This document shows positions 63,589-64,000 of a stretch of DNA of 64,000 bases, piece by piece. Location: positions 2,485 to 66,484 of the forward strand of contig JBMFMV010000002.1 in NCBI GenBank assembly GCA_049970495.1. Direction: 5' to 3'. Numbering within the stretch: position 1 is the first letter of the stretch; each line of letters begins with the position of its first letter. The translations under genes were made by a program, and so were the position numbers. The notes beneath the pieces are model-generated. The model searched no databases. It was not told the origin of the DNA and worked only from the letters and a program-made list of their open reading frames with translations. The stretch comes from a bacterium. GTDB lineage: Bacteria > DUMJ01.

Positions 63589-64000
63589 AGTCTACCTCCT
63601 TATCAGTTTCTATGACTTCTAGCAATCTCTCTAGTCTCATTCCACGGGAACCTTTTATTAGAACCAAGTCATAATTTGGTATAACCGCCCTTATATAAGA
63701 AGTAGCGGATTCAATGTCCTCAAAATACAGAGACCTATCTTCTAATAACTTGTGAGTAATATAGGTTGCTCTCCCTATAAGGATTATGTCACCCTTTACA
63801 TCTTTTAGCAGTTTTCCTAGAGTCCTATGCGCTTCCTCTGTCTCCTCACCCAATTCAAGCATATCTCCAAGTATATAAAGCCTACTACTATAATCTAAAC
63901 TCTCTACCGTATCTATAGCCATTTTCATAGAGAGGGGATTTGCATTATAACCATCAAAAATGATAAGTGTTCCGTTACTAAGTCTTATAGGCTCCATTCT
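63536..64000 (-). CDS. Mur ligase family protein (MurF-like). Only the C-terminal domain is in the window, and the gene continues beyond the window end.
   Basis: FDGYNANPLSM (the DxxYNANP motif of the Mur ligase C-terminal domain) is present. The ORF is open to the window edge. Confidence 0.6.
   Translation of the reverse strand, partial: RMEPIRLSNGTLIIFDGYNANPLSMKMAIDTVESLDYSSRLYILGDMLELGEETEEAHRTLGKLLKDVKGDIILIGRATYITHKLLEDRSLYFEDIESATSYIRAVIPNYDLVLIKGSRGMRLERLLEVIETDKEVDYGGIRQVKQNIEHGNKI

Overview
AT-rich (~35% GC), gene-dense bacterial chromosomal segment. The gene content resembles an anaerobic, saccharolytic thermophile, but I cannot assign a taxon from sequence alone. No rRNA, tRNA, CRISPR array or obvious mobile element is visible. 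Product calls come from reading the six-frame translations for family motifs; no database search was run.

Genes along the window:
- 1-13.3 kb, minus strand: era (truncated at the window edge), a class-III aminotransferase, then a complete arginine/carbamoyl-phosphate operon argG-argC-argJ-argB-argD-carA-carB-argH. No argF is present.
- 13.4-16.6 kb: a CUT1-type sugar ABC uptake system (SBP plus two permeases).
- 16.6-17.3 kb: a short zone of gene remnants (half of an MBL-fold gene and two small ORFs).
- 17.3-19.3 kb: a CDF metal transporter and an acidic 344-aa hypothetical protein.
- 19.4-23.2 kb: a MacAB-like tripartite efflux set (ATPase, HlyD-type adaptor, FtsX permease) followed by a small secreted LTXXQ (Spy/CpxP-like) protein.
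- 23.2-26.1 kb: an MCP chemoreceptor and a flavodiiron protein.
- 26.2-29.6 kb: a family-5 (Opp/Dpp-type) SBP with two permeases and no ATPases.
- 29.7-33.9 kb: a GH4 glycosidase, a flavodoxin-like protein, a Gfo/Idh/MocA oxidoreductase, a small PF06695-like membrane protein and endonuclease IV.
- 34.0 kb: a PAS-domain gene remnant.
- 34.1-36.9 kb: an ArsR-family regulator with a consensus promoter and a probable leaderless start, then an atypical ferredoxin, an MvhD/FlpD-like Cys protein and a 634-aa hydantoinase/oxoprolinase-family (ASKHA ATPase) protein. This is the most unusual cluster in the window.
- 37.0-41.5 kb: a GH51 arabinofuranosidase, then on the minus strand a MATE exporter, a MarR regulator and a beta-lactamase-family serine hydrolase.
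- 41.6-42.7 kb: a stand-alone radical-SAM enzyme with a C-terminal SPASM/twitch-like Cys cluster and a possible N-terminal membrane anchor, behind its own consensus promoter.
- 42.9-50.7 kb: a complete family-5 ABC importer (SBP, two permeases, two ATPases) followed by two Gfo/Idh/MocA oxidoreductases.
- 50.9-52.4 kb, minus strand: hpt, preceded by a cytidylate-kinase-like protein carrying a C-terminal Vsr/PD-(D/E)xK-like extension.
- 52.6-57.2 kb: a third, orphan family-5 SBP, a HAD hydrolase, an SH3b/Ig-like membrane protein and an L,D-transpeptidase.
- 57.2-59.9 kb, minus strand: larC-larB-larE, the nickel-pincer (NPN) cofactor biosynthesis genes, with no larA in the window.
- 59.9-64.0 kb, minus strand: a metallophosphoesterase, an HtpX-like M48 protease, LemA, an HD-GYP phosphodiesterase and the C-terminus of a Mur ligase (runs off the window).

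I also report several sigma70-like promoters and rho-independent terminators read directly from the sequence.
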